From Lama glama (lineage: Eukaryota): 64,000 bases of DNA. The stretch is from NCBI GenBank assembly GCA_028534125.1, contig CM052817.1:31188001-31252000 (forward strand), read 5' to 3'. The translations under genes and the position numbers were made by a program. The stretch's first letter is position 1; every line of letters begins with the position of its first letter. The notes below the pieces were generated by a model that did no database searches, was not told the origin of the DNA, and was given only the letters and a program-made list of their open reading frames with translations. Below are positions 38,653-50,575 of this stretch, piece after piece.

Positions 38653-39895
38653 TGTATTAGTCTGCTCAGGCTGCCCTAACGAAACACCGCAGCTTCTGTG
38701 GCTTAAACAACACAAATGTATTTTCTCACAGTTCTGGAGGCTGGAAGTCTACAATCAGGATGATAACATGGTTAATTATGGTGAATGCTCTCCCCTCGGG
38801 CTGTCTTCTCACTGTGACCTCTTTTTGTACAAGCATGGAAAGGGAGAGCAAGCTTTCTGGTGTCTCCTCTTACAAGGGCACTGATCTCATCATGAGGGTC
38901 CCACCTCATGACCTCATCCAACCCTTATTACCTCCCAAAGATCTCATCTCCAAATACCCTCATATTGCAGGGGCAGGGCTTCAACATATTAATGCTGGAG
39001 GGACACAGATATTCAACTGACAATATTCTAACCCTGGCCCCCAAAATTCATGTCCTTCTCACATATGAAATATATTCACTCCACCCCAACAGCCCCAAAA
39101 GTCTCAAGTCATTCTAGCATGAACTCTGAAGTCTAATGTCCAAAGTCCCTTCTAAATATCACCCACATCAGATATGGGTGAGATTCAAGGTATGATTCAA
39201 CCCGTTAGGTAGTTAGATAAGTGGGGGCACTGGGCAGATAGGTAGAGGAGAGGGAGAATGGTCCAGAAGATGGCGTTATGCCCACCTCCAGCAAAAAAGG
39301 ACTTGACTTTTCCTAAATGAGTGCCAGCAAGAAACCATTTAGAACCTGACAGCCTCAACGGCATGGTAGCAGAAAGGACTTAATCTGATGTTCATTGTAT
39401 AAACATTGCGATTTAGCCCCACCCCCACCCCATAGGTTTTACTATGCACATCATAGGTAAGGACATGTGCAAAGGGACTAAACATGACTAAGCATTCCAG
39501 TGACAAGAGCCATCTGTCAGTCAAAAGACCACCCCTAAGCGAGGGTGTAAGAGAAAGGGGAGACCAAGACCGCCACGATTCCTCCTTGAATCAGCGCCTC
39601 CTGTTCTTGAACGTACTCTTCTTTTCCTAAATAAATCTTTAAAAATCCTTTTGCTGCACAATGCTCTGTCTCCCATCTGTAAGTCTTATCTTTCACATAA
39701 GACAAGAATTGGGGTCTTTTCTGTTTCCCTTTTGGGCAACAATCCTAAGGCAAAATTCCCCTCCAGCTGTGAATCTGTGAAACCAGACAACCTATATGAT
39801 TCCAACATAAAAATGGCGGGACAGACATGGGATAGACATTCCCATTCCAAAAGGGAGAAACAGGAAAGAAGAAAGGGAGCACAGGTCCCTGCTTG
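38653..39895 (-). mobile_element. MLT1A-like LTR plus MLT internal sequence, interrupted by a younger LTR
   Basis: tgtattagtctgctcaggctgcc...ttctcacagttctggaggctggaagtc, followed by ccccaaaattcatgtccttctcaca internal sequence that resumes at 39746. Confidence 0.8.
39203..39741 (+). mobile_element. Solo ERV1-type LTR
   Basis: (c)gttaggtag...ggcaaca, AATAAA ~39630, near-TSD AACC/ATCC splitting the MLT internal sequence. Confidence 0.75.
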
Positions 39896-40477
39896 AACAC
39901 CCATGGTGCTAGATGTGTCCCCACGCATTACCTGCTTCCCTGCCTCTCGTGAATGGCTATAACATGACCACACATGGCCATCCCCAAACTCTAGAATAAG
40001 CAAAGATTTTTTCTTTAAGGTCTTCATTTCTTTCCCATAGCAACTTTCCCATATTGTCTTTTCTATTTATTGTTGACTTTAAAGGACACATAATATGGTA
40101 ACAAAGTCACTGTGGCTTAACAGCCATCAGGTCATCATAAATCAGTCTCCTGAAATGTATACCCTAAAAGCCTTTGTCCAGGGCACACTCATAAACATAC
40201 AACCACAGCAGAAACAAACTTTATGCATTTGATTACTTAACAATGAGAACATTGGAAAGTAATTCCAAGGAGGAAATTGTAGAATTCCAGCCCTCCCACT
40301 TCCTGAGGGGATAAAGTTCTCATTAGCACCTATAAAAGGATGGTTGGCCTTCCCATAAAATTGAAAACTAAAAGCTCTGTTCAATTTATTTAAGCCAATT
40401 ATATATTATGAATAAGGTTTTGAATCTAACAATGAAACGGCAAGATCTGATTAAAAATGGAAACTCTTAAGCCTGAC

Positions 40478-40813
40478 CTTTACAGGCCAGCCAAGAAACA
40501 AGCACCACTCGGAGGGTTGGAGTACTCAGATGTATTACGCTGGCGGGTTCAGAGGGGCTTCTGCTCCGAAGCTCTGAGCACCTCCAAGACGTGTGCATGA
40601 GGTTTTATAGGGTAAAGTACAAGCTTGGGGTATTCAGCCAATAGGCATGGAACAGCTTTAGCAGCATCATTATCACAAAAGTGGAGGCAGGGAGGCAGCA
40701 AACCAACACTAATTAACTTAGATTTACGAGTTAGTCCAGGAGAACTCAGATCAGTATTCCGATACTTAGATTTGTGAGTTATCTTGTTAGCCCAGCCCAG
40801 CTTTTCCTTCACA
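40478..40813 (-). mobile_element. Solo LTR of cetartiodactyl ERV type
   Basis: ccaagaaacaagcaccactcggagggttggag.actcag..tattacgc, reverse TATA ttttatag, ends ttccttcaca. Confidence 0.65.
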
Positions 40814-42615
40814 CTTTAAACTAAAATTTACTTTTATAATTGTCAACAGAACTTGATGGTGTTTAGAAAAATGATGGATCTGTTATAGAACAAAAATGGA
40901 ATGAATTAGCAATCTTGTGTTTTAAAGAACTGAGAGTTGAAATGGATTTTGTTTTCTTCCGTCTCAGGACCTCTCACAGAATTTCTCAAGTTATAAATAA
41001 TACGTTCACGTCTCAAGGCAGTTCTAGACAACTGGCTACTTGAGGACAGAACTTCTGCCTGATCCACCAGTATAATCTACACAGTCAAACTCCAGAGCTT
41101 GGTACCCAATAAATAGCTATTTATGAGAGAATGATGCTTCTCAGAACATTAACCTAGACTGGCAGAAATTGAGATGTCTCATAAAGCCTGGAAGGTTACA
41201 TAGGCATCAGAGTGAGTTTACACCGAGTAACATAATCATAAACAAGTATTGTGAGTCTTATCAATTCAAACACCTCATGCAAGTATTAGGTTAATGATGC
41301 AGAGCAGCAAAATAGAAGAATAAAATATGTGAACACCAAGAGACAAGGAATGGTTTGCATCAAATGTGAATCAATGCAAAGCTTTTAGCTGCTTGGAAGT
41401 CATTACCATACTCATTTCAGCTACAAGTAAGTGAAAAGGCATATTCTCCAAAGGCACAAGTAACAGCAAACAGATTCCTATTGATAGGTTCTTGATCTCA
41501 ACACGAAACTGTACAAAGACCAAAAATCTGAGCTAGTCAGTAAACTGAATGATTTAGGCAAAAGAATATATAAAGTGCTAATTTTCTTTCAGAACCAGAG
41601 TGTATAGTAAATTATCTAATTTTTTTTAACATTTATCTGAGAATTTGGTTTTTTAAAAGATCAAGTTTTTCCTTGAATTTGATCAGGATTGATTTTGCAA
41701 CACTGTTATCAGCACACTACTGTTTTCTCTTTTTTTGTTTTCTCTATATGGATCAAGGGTATTGGGCTGTTCCTCCTGAAGAGGAAACTGTAATAAGGAA
41801 TCTGGAGAGGAAAGTTTTGAGACACAAGCCTTTTTGATATGACTGTTTGACTCTCATTTACTATATTAATGTGTTATGGGCACATTAACTTTGGGGTCAC
41901 ATATCACCTGTGGGATATGATGGCAGGATTCATTTTGGAGAGAGAGTCTGGAAGTCTTGCCCAGAAATCTTTACGAAGGAAAGAACAGGACTGTAGCCAA
42001 AGGAGAATGAACCAGGCGCTGTTCCATTACCCCTGTCAAAAGCCTAACTCTGCAAATGATGGTGTTCACTCTCTCTAGGAGGAACTCAATATACCCCAGG
42101 GACAGAGTCATCTACAGATGGAATGAAGAGGAAGGAAGGGAGAAAGGGAAGAAACAAGAGGAGAGAGTGCAACCCTATATTCTAATTCCTTTCTCTCTCT
42201 CCCAAGAATTGTGTACTTCTTCATTAGAATGCAACCGTGCTAACTAAATAAGCAGGCAACAATTATTTAAATGCTTCACTTATTCTTGCTTAGATGTTGA
42301 CCATAGCCAGAGCCCATGGCTGAATCTCACAACTGTTCTTTAAGCCCAGAGAATACGAGTTAGCATATGGAGAACTCAACTGACTGGACTTGAATCCTGA
42401 AGTCTAGCAGAGCACACAAGGGATGATGTCCAGGGTCATGACTACAGCAACTTTCGGAGTAGCAAATTCCTAATGAAGTAGCTTAGAACTCTCCTAGGCA
42501 CAAAAATATCCCTAAACAAAACAAGAAAAACCCCACTATTTTCCTCTAGAGTATGTATCCTTAATCATAATCCGAAGACCACAACAGGCCCAGGCATAAA
42601 ATTTCTGCTGTCTTT

Positions 42616-43080
42616 TGTCGACTGAAATAAATAAAAGTTAAGAGTTATGTTTTATTTGGCAGGAGGACTCAAGCCTGGATGACAGCATCTCAGATGGCTC
42701 TGAGGGACTGCTCCAAAGAGGTAGGGGAGGAGCTAGGACATATAGGAGCTTTACAACAAAGACCAGGTAGTTGGAACATTAAAAGATTACTTGTTACCTA
42801 AAGAAAACCAGGCACCTCAAGTTAAAGAATGTAGTGCTCTTCTATGGATGGGAGGAAGCAAACATCTGGGCTCACTGAATTCATTCCTTTGATAAGCACC
42901 TAGCTATCTAGGGCCAGTATCCTGTCCTTTCTTATTCTGAGTCCGCTCAGAGTGCACCATTGTGAGTGGCTGCAGAGGCTGGGCTGCAGGTCTGTCCCCA
43001 CTGGGGGATGGCAGCAGCTGCTGATGACTTGGTTTCAGCATTCTTTGTTTACTGATATGGTTGCAGTATTTTCGTTCACA
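42616..43080 (-). mobile_element. Young solo LTR, copy 2, in sense orientation to CORIN
   Basis: Reverse complement of the 15842/44288 family; TG...CA ends; near-TSD CTTT/CTAT. Confidence 0.92.
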
Positions 43081-44287
43081 CTATGAAGAAATTGTATGGG
43101 AGAAAAACAGCATCTCTATTTCCATTAACCCACAATTGAAACTTAGCATAACTAAATTATCAATGTAGGCAACAATCATAAAAACAAATTAGAAATCATA
43201 GCTATTTTCATATCAACAGAGTTATTGCAGGCATTTCAAAATATGATCTATGCTCATCCATGTTATAAAATTACAGTTATAGATCTACTGCAGGATACCA
43301 TTTAATGTGATGATAAATAAACATATATATTATTATATCATGAATTTATATTTCTAGTATTTTGATTACTGAATCTTAATAAAATTGCCTTTATGATTCT
43401 GTATAATTTCTTTTAAGCATCAAAGTATCATTCGGAGAAGGCACCTGTAGGCTTCACCAGATTGCCGAAGAAATCCTTGGCACAAAGAAGTTAAGAAGTT
43501 CTGCTATAAAGCATCACTGCTTTTCCTGCGGCTATGACACAAGCAGTTAGAACTCAGGTACCCTAAAGCAGTATTTCACACGTTGAAGAACTGCACAGGC
43601 TTTTACACAGGAAGAAAGTTATGCAGGTATACATAAAATTAAAGCTAAACGTCTTTACGCCTATAGGTCTAACACAACAATAAAATTGACATATGTAATA
43701 TTAACTAATTAAATAGAAATTAAACTACAAAACTAATAAGATTTAATTATATTAACAAATTAATGTTAACAGTGTTCTGCTACAACACCATGAATAAATA
43801 CAGAGCTAACTCCCGAGGCACAAGTTCTTCCGCGTTGAGGAAGCTTATACTACTGTGTATCCCTAATGAGCAAGTCCGTTTTCCTCTATTTTAACTGCCA
43901 CAAAGGCATCCTTTGTACTACATGCCAGTATATGCTTTAGGTTTGCAATTGAGAAGAATGCCTACCAAATCTGCCTCTGTTCCTTTCCTGATGGCTGGCA
44001 AATATTTAAGAAATACAGCTTAGCAGCTGCTTTATCATAAACAGAAACTCAAATACGGGCACCAAAATTTCTTACCAGTACTTAGAAGATGGTTTATCCA
44101 GGCTATTGAGAGTAGGCTTACATTAACTATTTCTATTATCATTGAACTGAAAACACACATTTAAGAAATTCTTATAGAGAATTCTGGGATTCCTCAGAAA
44201 ACATCTGAGGTCCCCCAGCCCCAGATGGAGAATACTGTCCAAAAAACAACAGAGGAATATAAGCCCTTCACCCACCCACATTTATGC

Positions 44288-44670
44288 TGTGAACAAAAAT
44301 ACTGCAATGTGAGTGAAAATACTGCAAACATATCAGTAAACAAAGAATGCTGAAACCAAGTCTTCAGCGGCTGCTGCCACCCCCCAGTGGGGACAGGCCT
44401 GCAGCCCAGCCTCTGCAGCCACTCACAGTGGTGCACTCTGAGCGGACTCAGAGTAAGAAAGGACAGGGTACTGGCCCTAGATAGCTAGGTGCTTGTCAAA
44501 GGAATGAATTCAGTGAGCCCAAATGTTTGCTTCCTCCCATCCATAGAAGAGCACTACATTCTTTAACTTGAGGTGCCTGGTTTTCTTTAGGTAACAAGTA
44601 GTCTTTTAATGTTCCAACTACCTGGTCTTTGTTGTAAAGCTCCTATATGTCCTAGCTCCTCCCCTACCTC
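44288..44670 (+). mobile_element. Young LTR, copy 3, truncated by the gap
   Basis: Colinear with copies 1 and 2; first 20 bp tandemly duplicated. Confidence 0.92.
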
Positions 44671-45170
44671 NNNNNNNNNNNNNNNNNNNNNNNNNNNNNN
44701 NNNNNNNNNNNNNNNNNNNNNNNNNNNNNNNNNNNNNNNNNNNNNNNNNNNNNNNNNNNNNNNNNNNNNNNNNNNNNNNNNNNNNNNNNNNNNNNNNNNN
44801 NNNNNNNNNNNNNNNNNNNNNNNNNNNNNNNNNNNNNNNNNNNNNNNNNNNNNNNNNNNNNNNNNNNNNNNNNNNNNNNNNNNNNNNNNNNNNNNNNNNN
44901 NNNNNNNNNNNNNNNNNNNNNNNNNNNNNNNNNNNNNNNNNNNNNNNNNNNNNNNNNNNNNNNNNNNNNNNNNNNNNNNNNNNNNNNNNNNNNNNNNNNN
45001 NNNNNNNNNNNNNNNNNNNNNNNNNNNNNNNNNNNNNNNNNNNNNNNNNNNNNNNNNNNNNNNNNNNNNNNNNNNNNNNNNNNNNNNNNNNNNNNNNNNN
45101 NNNNNNNNNNNNNNNNNNNNNNNNNNNNNNNNNNNNNNNNNNNNNNNNNNNNNNNNNNNNNNNNNNNNNN
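44671..45170. other. Assembly gap (500 N)
   Basis: Run of exactly 500 N between an LTR and an L1 poly(A). Confidence 1.
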
Positions 45171-46892
45171 TTTTTTTTTTTTTTAATATATATATATATA
45201 TTTATTGAAGTACATAGTCAGCTAAAATGTGTCAATCTCTGGTGTACAGCATAATGTCCCAGGCATACATACATATACATACATATATTTGTTTTCATAT
45301 TCTTTTTCATTAAAGGTTATTACAAGATATTAAGTAGAGATTCCTGTGCTATATAGAAAAAATTGGTTTATCTATTTTTATATGTAGTAGTTAATATTTG
45401 CAAATCTCCAACTCTCAGATTTATCCCTTCCTATCCCCTTTCCCCCTAGTAACCATAAGATTGTTTACTATGTCTGTGAGGCTATTTCTGTTTTGTAGAT
45501 GAGTTCATTAGTGTCTTCTTTTTTTCTTTTTTTAGATTCCACATGTAAGTGATATCATATGGTATTTTCCTTTCTCTTTCTGGCTTATTTCATTTAGAAT
45601 GACAATCTCCAGGTCCATCCATGTTGCTGCAAATGGCATTATTTTATTCTGTTTTATGGCTGAGAAGTATTCCATTGTATAAGTATACCACAACTTCTTT
45701 ATCCAGTCATCTGTCAATGGACATTTAGGCTGTTTCCATGTCTTGCCTATTGTATATAGTGCTGGTATGAACATTGGGGTGCTTTATCTCTTCGAATTTG
45801 AGTTCCCTCAGGATATATGCCCAGGAGGTAGACTACTGGATCATGTGGTAAGTCTATTTTTTAGGGAATCTCCATACCGTTTTCCATAGTGGTTGCACCA
45901 AACTACATTCCCACCAACAGTGTAGGAGGGTTCCCTTTTCTCCACACCCTCTCCAGCATTTATCATTTGTGGACTTTTTCATCATGGCCATTCTGACTGG
46001 TGTGAGGTGATACCTCACTGCAGTTTTAATTTGCACTTCTCTGATAATTAGCAATATTGAGCATTTTTCACATGTCTATTGGCCATTTGTATGTCTTCAT
46101 TGGAGAATTGCTTATTTAGGTCTTCTCCCCATTTTTGGACTGGGGTGTTTGGTTTTTTTCTTATTAAGTTGTATGAGCTGTTTATATATTCTGGAAATTA
46201 AACCTTTGTCAGTCACATCATTTGTAAATATTTTCTCTCATTCTGTAGGTTGTCATTTTGTTTTGCTTACAGTTTAAAGCTTGTAAGTTTAACTAGGTCC
46301 CATTTGTTTATTTTTGCTTTTATTTCTATTGCCTCAGCAGACTGCACTCAGAGAACATTGCTAAGATTTATGTCAGAGAATGTTTTGCCTATGTTTTATT
46401 CTAGAAGGTTTATAGTGTCTTGTCTTGTATTTAAATGTTTAAGCCATTTTCAATTTATTTTTGTGTATGGTGTGAGGAAGTGTTCTAACTTCACTTACAT
46501 GTGGCTTTCCAGTTTTCCCAACACCACCTGCTGAAGAGACTGTCTTTTCTCCATTGTATATTCTTGCCTCCATTGTCTAAGATTAATTGACCGTAGGTCT
46601 GTGGGTTTATTTCTGGGCTCTCTATTCTGTTCCATTTTTGATCCATATGTCTGTTTTTGTGCCAAAACCACACTGTTTTGATTACTGTAGCTCTGTAGGA
46701 TTGTTTGAAGTCTGGGAGGGTTATTCCTGCAGCTTCATTCTTTTTCTTCAGTATTGCTTTGGCAATTCTAGGTCTTTTGTGATTCCATGTAAAATTTCAG
46801 ATTATTTGTTTTAGTTCTGTGAAAAACTGTCATGGGTTATTTGATAAGGATCATATCAAATCTGTAGATTGCCTTGAGCAGTATGGCCATGT
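45171..46892 (-). mobile_element. 5'-truncated young L1 (~1.7 kb of ORF2 3' part, 3'UTR and poly(A)), in sense orientation to CORIN
   Basis: Minus-strand ORF2 peptides [36 protein letters not shown] and KIMPFAATWMDLE, frameshifted; poly(T) at 45171. Confidence 0.95.
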
Positions 46893-47390
46893 GACAATAT
46901 GCCAAAAACAAACAACAGTGTAGAATAAGTTTTCACAATGCAATAGAAAACTCAGTTACAAATATGCATCCTAGTATTTGAAAACTGATACCTCTCTTAA
47001 TGAAGGAAAAAAATTATAGCAAAAAAGAAAAAGTGTGATGCCAAATGAGAAGATGAATCAATAATTTTTTTTAAAAAGTGTATAAAAATTCTATAAAGAC
47101 TAGGAAGACAAGGTACAACCACAAAATAAAATCAGTTCCTTGTGCAGTATTGCCATACATCTACATGCATTTTAGATGCATTCAAACATGTTGTATTTAG
47201 CAATAAAGTCTTTTTTAAATTGTTATTCATTTCATGTGTTTCATTATGTTTTTTCAAATGTCCCTCTTATTTTTCATTGTTTTATCTCTTATGGCAAAAC
47301 TGCCTTACAGCCAGTTAATTATGCAGCAAAAATCCTTGCAGCAAAGATGTCTTAGGCAAAGATGCTCAAAGTGAAAAGACCTAGAATTGG
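46893..47390 (+). mobile_element. Mutator-like (MULE/MuDR, Ricksha-like) DNA transposon remnant
   Basis: Broken translation DNMPKTNNSVE[fs]FHNAIENSVTNMHPSI*KLIPLLMKE; subterminal gcaaa(g/a)at repeats at 47290-47365. Confidence 0.6.
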
Positions 47391-47806
47391 GATACCTGTC
47401 AAAAGGCACCAATAACAAAATAAGCAACTTAATTTACTTATTAATTTAACTCAAAACAAGTAACTTAAACCTTAAAAAGAGAAGCACAAATTTTCAGAGG
47501 TGAACCACCACAAAGTCAACACTATTATACTGGAGCAAGCAGCATAAATTTTTATGCCTCAGAAACACTGAATGGCATTGGCACATTTTTATTTCTTGCT
47601 TCTGTCCCTGTCTGGATGCTGAGCTGATGGCATTTTGTGTTTAGGAATAGGGCACTCGGCTAGCTTTGCCAGAAAAGGGAGCAGAGCTTTTCCTGTGTGA
47701 CCACTAAGTGATTATGAATTCAGAGCATCGGCTGCCACACTTTAAAATCTCCCTGTGAGTTCCACAGACATTAATGGGCCCCGGCATTCAGCACCTCCAG
47801 ACTTAC

Positions 47807-48007
47807 TTGTGTTCCTGTGATTTTGGTCCCCTGGGAGAGAAGCACCTGTGGTCCAGACTGGAATGTGTCGGGTGGGGTGTGCTGTAGGCGTCCCAGTACT
47901 CTCGTTAGGAACTGTATTTGGAAGAATAACATCAGACACGTGGACTTCACCATCAGTGACCAAAGGTTCACTTCCATTTGATTTAAAATAGCCTTTTTTT
48001 AATGTTC
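47807..48007 (-). CDS. CORIN: CORIN coding exon 3 (201 bp): extracellular stem, GTLKKGYFKSNGSEPLVTDGEVHVSDVILPNTVPNESTGTPTAHPTRHIPVWTTGASLPGDQNHRNT(S)
   Basis: Acceptor ctttcag|GA, donor ACAA|gtaagt, phase 1 to 1. Joins in frame to exons 2 and 4; FKSNGSEPLVTDGE and ASLPGDQ.HRNTS match corin. Confidence 0.96.
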
Positions 48008-50019
48008 CTGAAAGACCAAAAAAAAAATGATATTTTCAAACATTACTAGAAGTTTTTATTTAAAAAACCTATTAGGAAAACTCTAGAGTTATTTTCCCAG
48101 GCAAACACAAAGAGAAAGATGATGGTCAGCAAAACTACCCACTTCACTGGGACAACCAAGAGTTTCTCTTTTACTGTCAATCATATAACCCTGTGCTTTC
48201 TCAAAAAGTTTAGAAACTGAGTCTCCCATCCAGATTTCCTACTACCCAAAGAATCTAGGGCAATTCCACCTCACCTGGGACTTACCACAAATAAATAAAA
48301 CGTGGCAAATCTTAGAGTATTTCCTTCCTGCTTTCTCAGTTTCTCAATTTCACACATCACTTTATGCTACTCAGTACCTAGGACACATGCTCTCCCTGTC
48401 TTTCTATCTGCCACTAAGGACAACAGAGCCTGCCTACCATCAGCCTTATATTTTTCCATGCTTTGCACTAAATTTCAGTGAACTATACACAACAGATAAT
48501 AAAAATAATAGGGCTCAAATATTTACCAAGACTTAACAGAAACCCCAAAAAGGAAAACTCTAATTCCAGCAAAACTGAAAGAAGGAACGTAATTATCTTC
48601 ATCTTCAACCAGAAGCTATAAAATATGATAATAAGCAATAGTTATCAAACTAAGGTTACCAACTGGTCACTTTCTCAAGGTTCATGGACAAAATAGTCAA
48701 ATCTGAGATTACTGGAAATCACCTAGCTTTGGCTTCAGGCAGAAAATCTGAAAACTTTGAAAGAGATCATGTATTTTTAACTCAGTCAAAATAGACAACA
48801 GACTTTCCAGATTATACAGCACTCTAGTTGAGTACACCACTAAATAAATGAATCTGATATTGATCTATTATAGAAATACCCAAGGGAGATTTTTTTTTCC
48901 CTAAAAGCATTTACAGTGAATGCTCTAATTGGCTGTCACTTTTCCAAACAGTCTATGGAGCATTAAAAATAAAAGAAATATAAATAAAATGTTTAATATC
49001 CGTCTATGGAAAAAATTCCTCTACATGTGCTTGACACTTGGAAAACATTAACTACAAATCAAAATAGAAAAGCAGCTGCTTTCTAGCTAACTAAGGTCAA
49101 CAGTTTCATCTGCCAAAGAATTCTAAATAAAACAGCAAAGCATAAAAGCTAAATCATGACCACGTGGGGCAGGTAACACATTCTCCAAACCATCTGTGTG
49201 ATGATGAATAGACATTAAATGCAGTAGGTAAAATGAAAGACTTTAATTGTTCTTGATTTTCAAAATGATTTTGCACTCATCCTAGTTTAAGATAAATATA
49301 TATGATAGACTTGATTACTAAGTAATACGTATTTCACTCATACAGAAAACATTGCTACTTAATTATATATAATTTTATATTTCATTTATTGGTTGCTCTC
49401 TCCTTTACGAAGTGCCAGCTCCTCAGTTACATCCCTGAGTAATTCGCTTAAAGGGAGTTCCTTATCGTATGAAATATTTCAACAGTTATTCGTAACATTT
49501 TGTTTGTATTCACTAGCCTCATTGGTAATCTTTCCTTTAACTTTCTCACATAACCAAAGTGGTGAAAGTGTTAATAACATCTGTTTACTCTAAAATATCC
49601 TTTAAACACTGACATTTTAGGAAACACTGACTTGGATAACAGTTTTCTTAAAAAAAAAAAAGTACAAAGTAGCTTCCTTCCTCTTAAACTCTACATGTCA
49701 AAGCAAGTTGGCAGAACAGAGAGAGAACTATATATATATATACATATATATATATATAACATTCATAAACTATATTTTTGAGAGAAAGACAGACAAGACA
49801 ACAACCCTAAAGGACCTGTCTTTAAAATCATGAAACCAGTAGACAATTTGTTTTCAAGCATCTCTAGAAACTGATCAACTCTCCATTATGTATCTTTTTA
49901 AAAGCACAATAAACAGAATTCAGTAAGACAAGCTACACCATGATGAGCTGAGAATTATTAGCCCAAAGTAGCATGTTCATTCTTCCCGCGTTGCTCCATC
50001 CTTTTCCACATTCCTGTTT

Positions 50020-50255
50020 TATAGTGCTGTGGTTAAAAGCACAGATTCTACAGCCTGACCACCTGGATTTAAATCCCATCGCTAACACTTACTGGCCCTG
50101 AAACTTTGGGAAAATTTTCAAGTGCCATAAAATAAGGAAAATAAAAGTGCCTCCCCTCATGAGGCTGGCCATTAGTATTAAATTCGTCAATACATACATA
50201 AACCCTTGGAACAGTTCCTGGCACACAGTTCTCAATAACTGGTAGTCATTACTAA
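50020..50255. mobile_element. MIR SINE
   Basis: gtggttaaaagcacagattct...cacttactgg...aacagttcctggcacacag. Confidence 0.75.
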
Positions 50256-50575
50256 TGAGAATAAAACTGTCTTCCTCAGGACTGCTAAGGTACTTTTAAA
50301 TAAATGCCAATTTCCTTTTATTATAAGTGCATCCCAACATAACAGAATGGCTAAGGAAATTTTCAAAAGTGAATCACGTAACCCACTTTTTGAATGAAAG
50401 GACTGGCTCTTCCACATGAAGTTATTAATAGAAGGCCACCTTATATCAAGATTGTATGGCTCAAAAGTGTTTCAGCTCTAACACAGCTCTATACAACAAT
50501 GTTTAAGAAATTGTCTGCAATTCCACTAGTAATAGCCAAGCTTTACTGATCACTTACAATGAGTGGCCTGAGCTC

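Noticed and set aside
42616..44670. LTR pair as a provirus or a TIR transposon
   Set aside because: Proviral LTRs are direct repeats, whereas these are inverted; copy 2 has its own near-TSD; the spacer shows no gag/pol or transposase.
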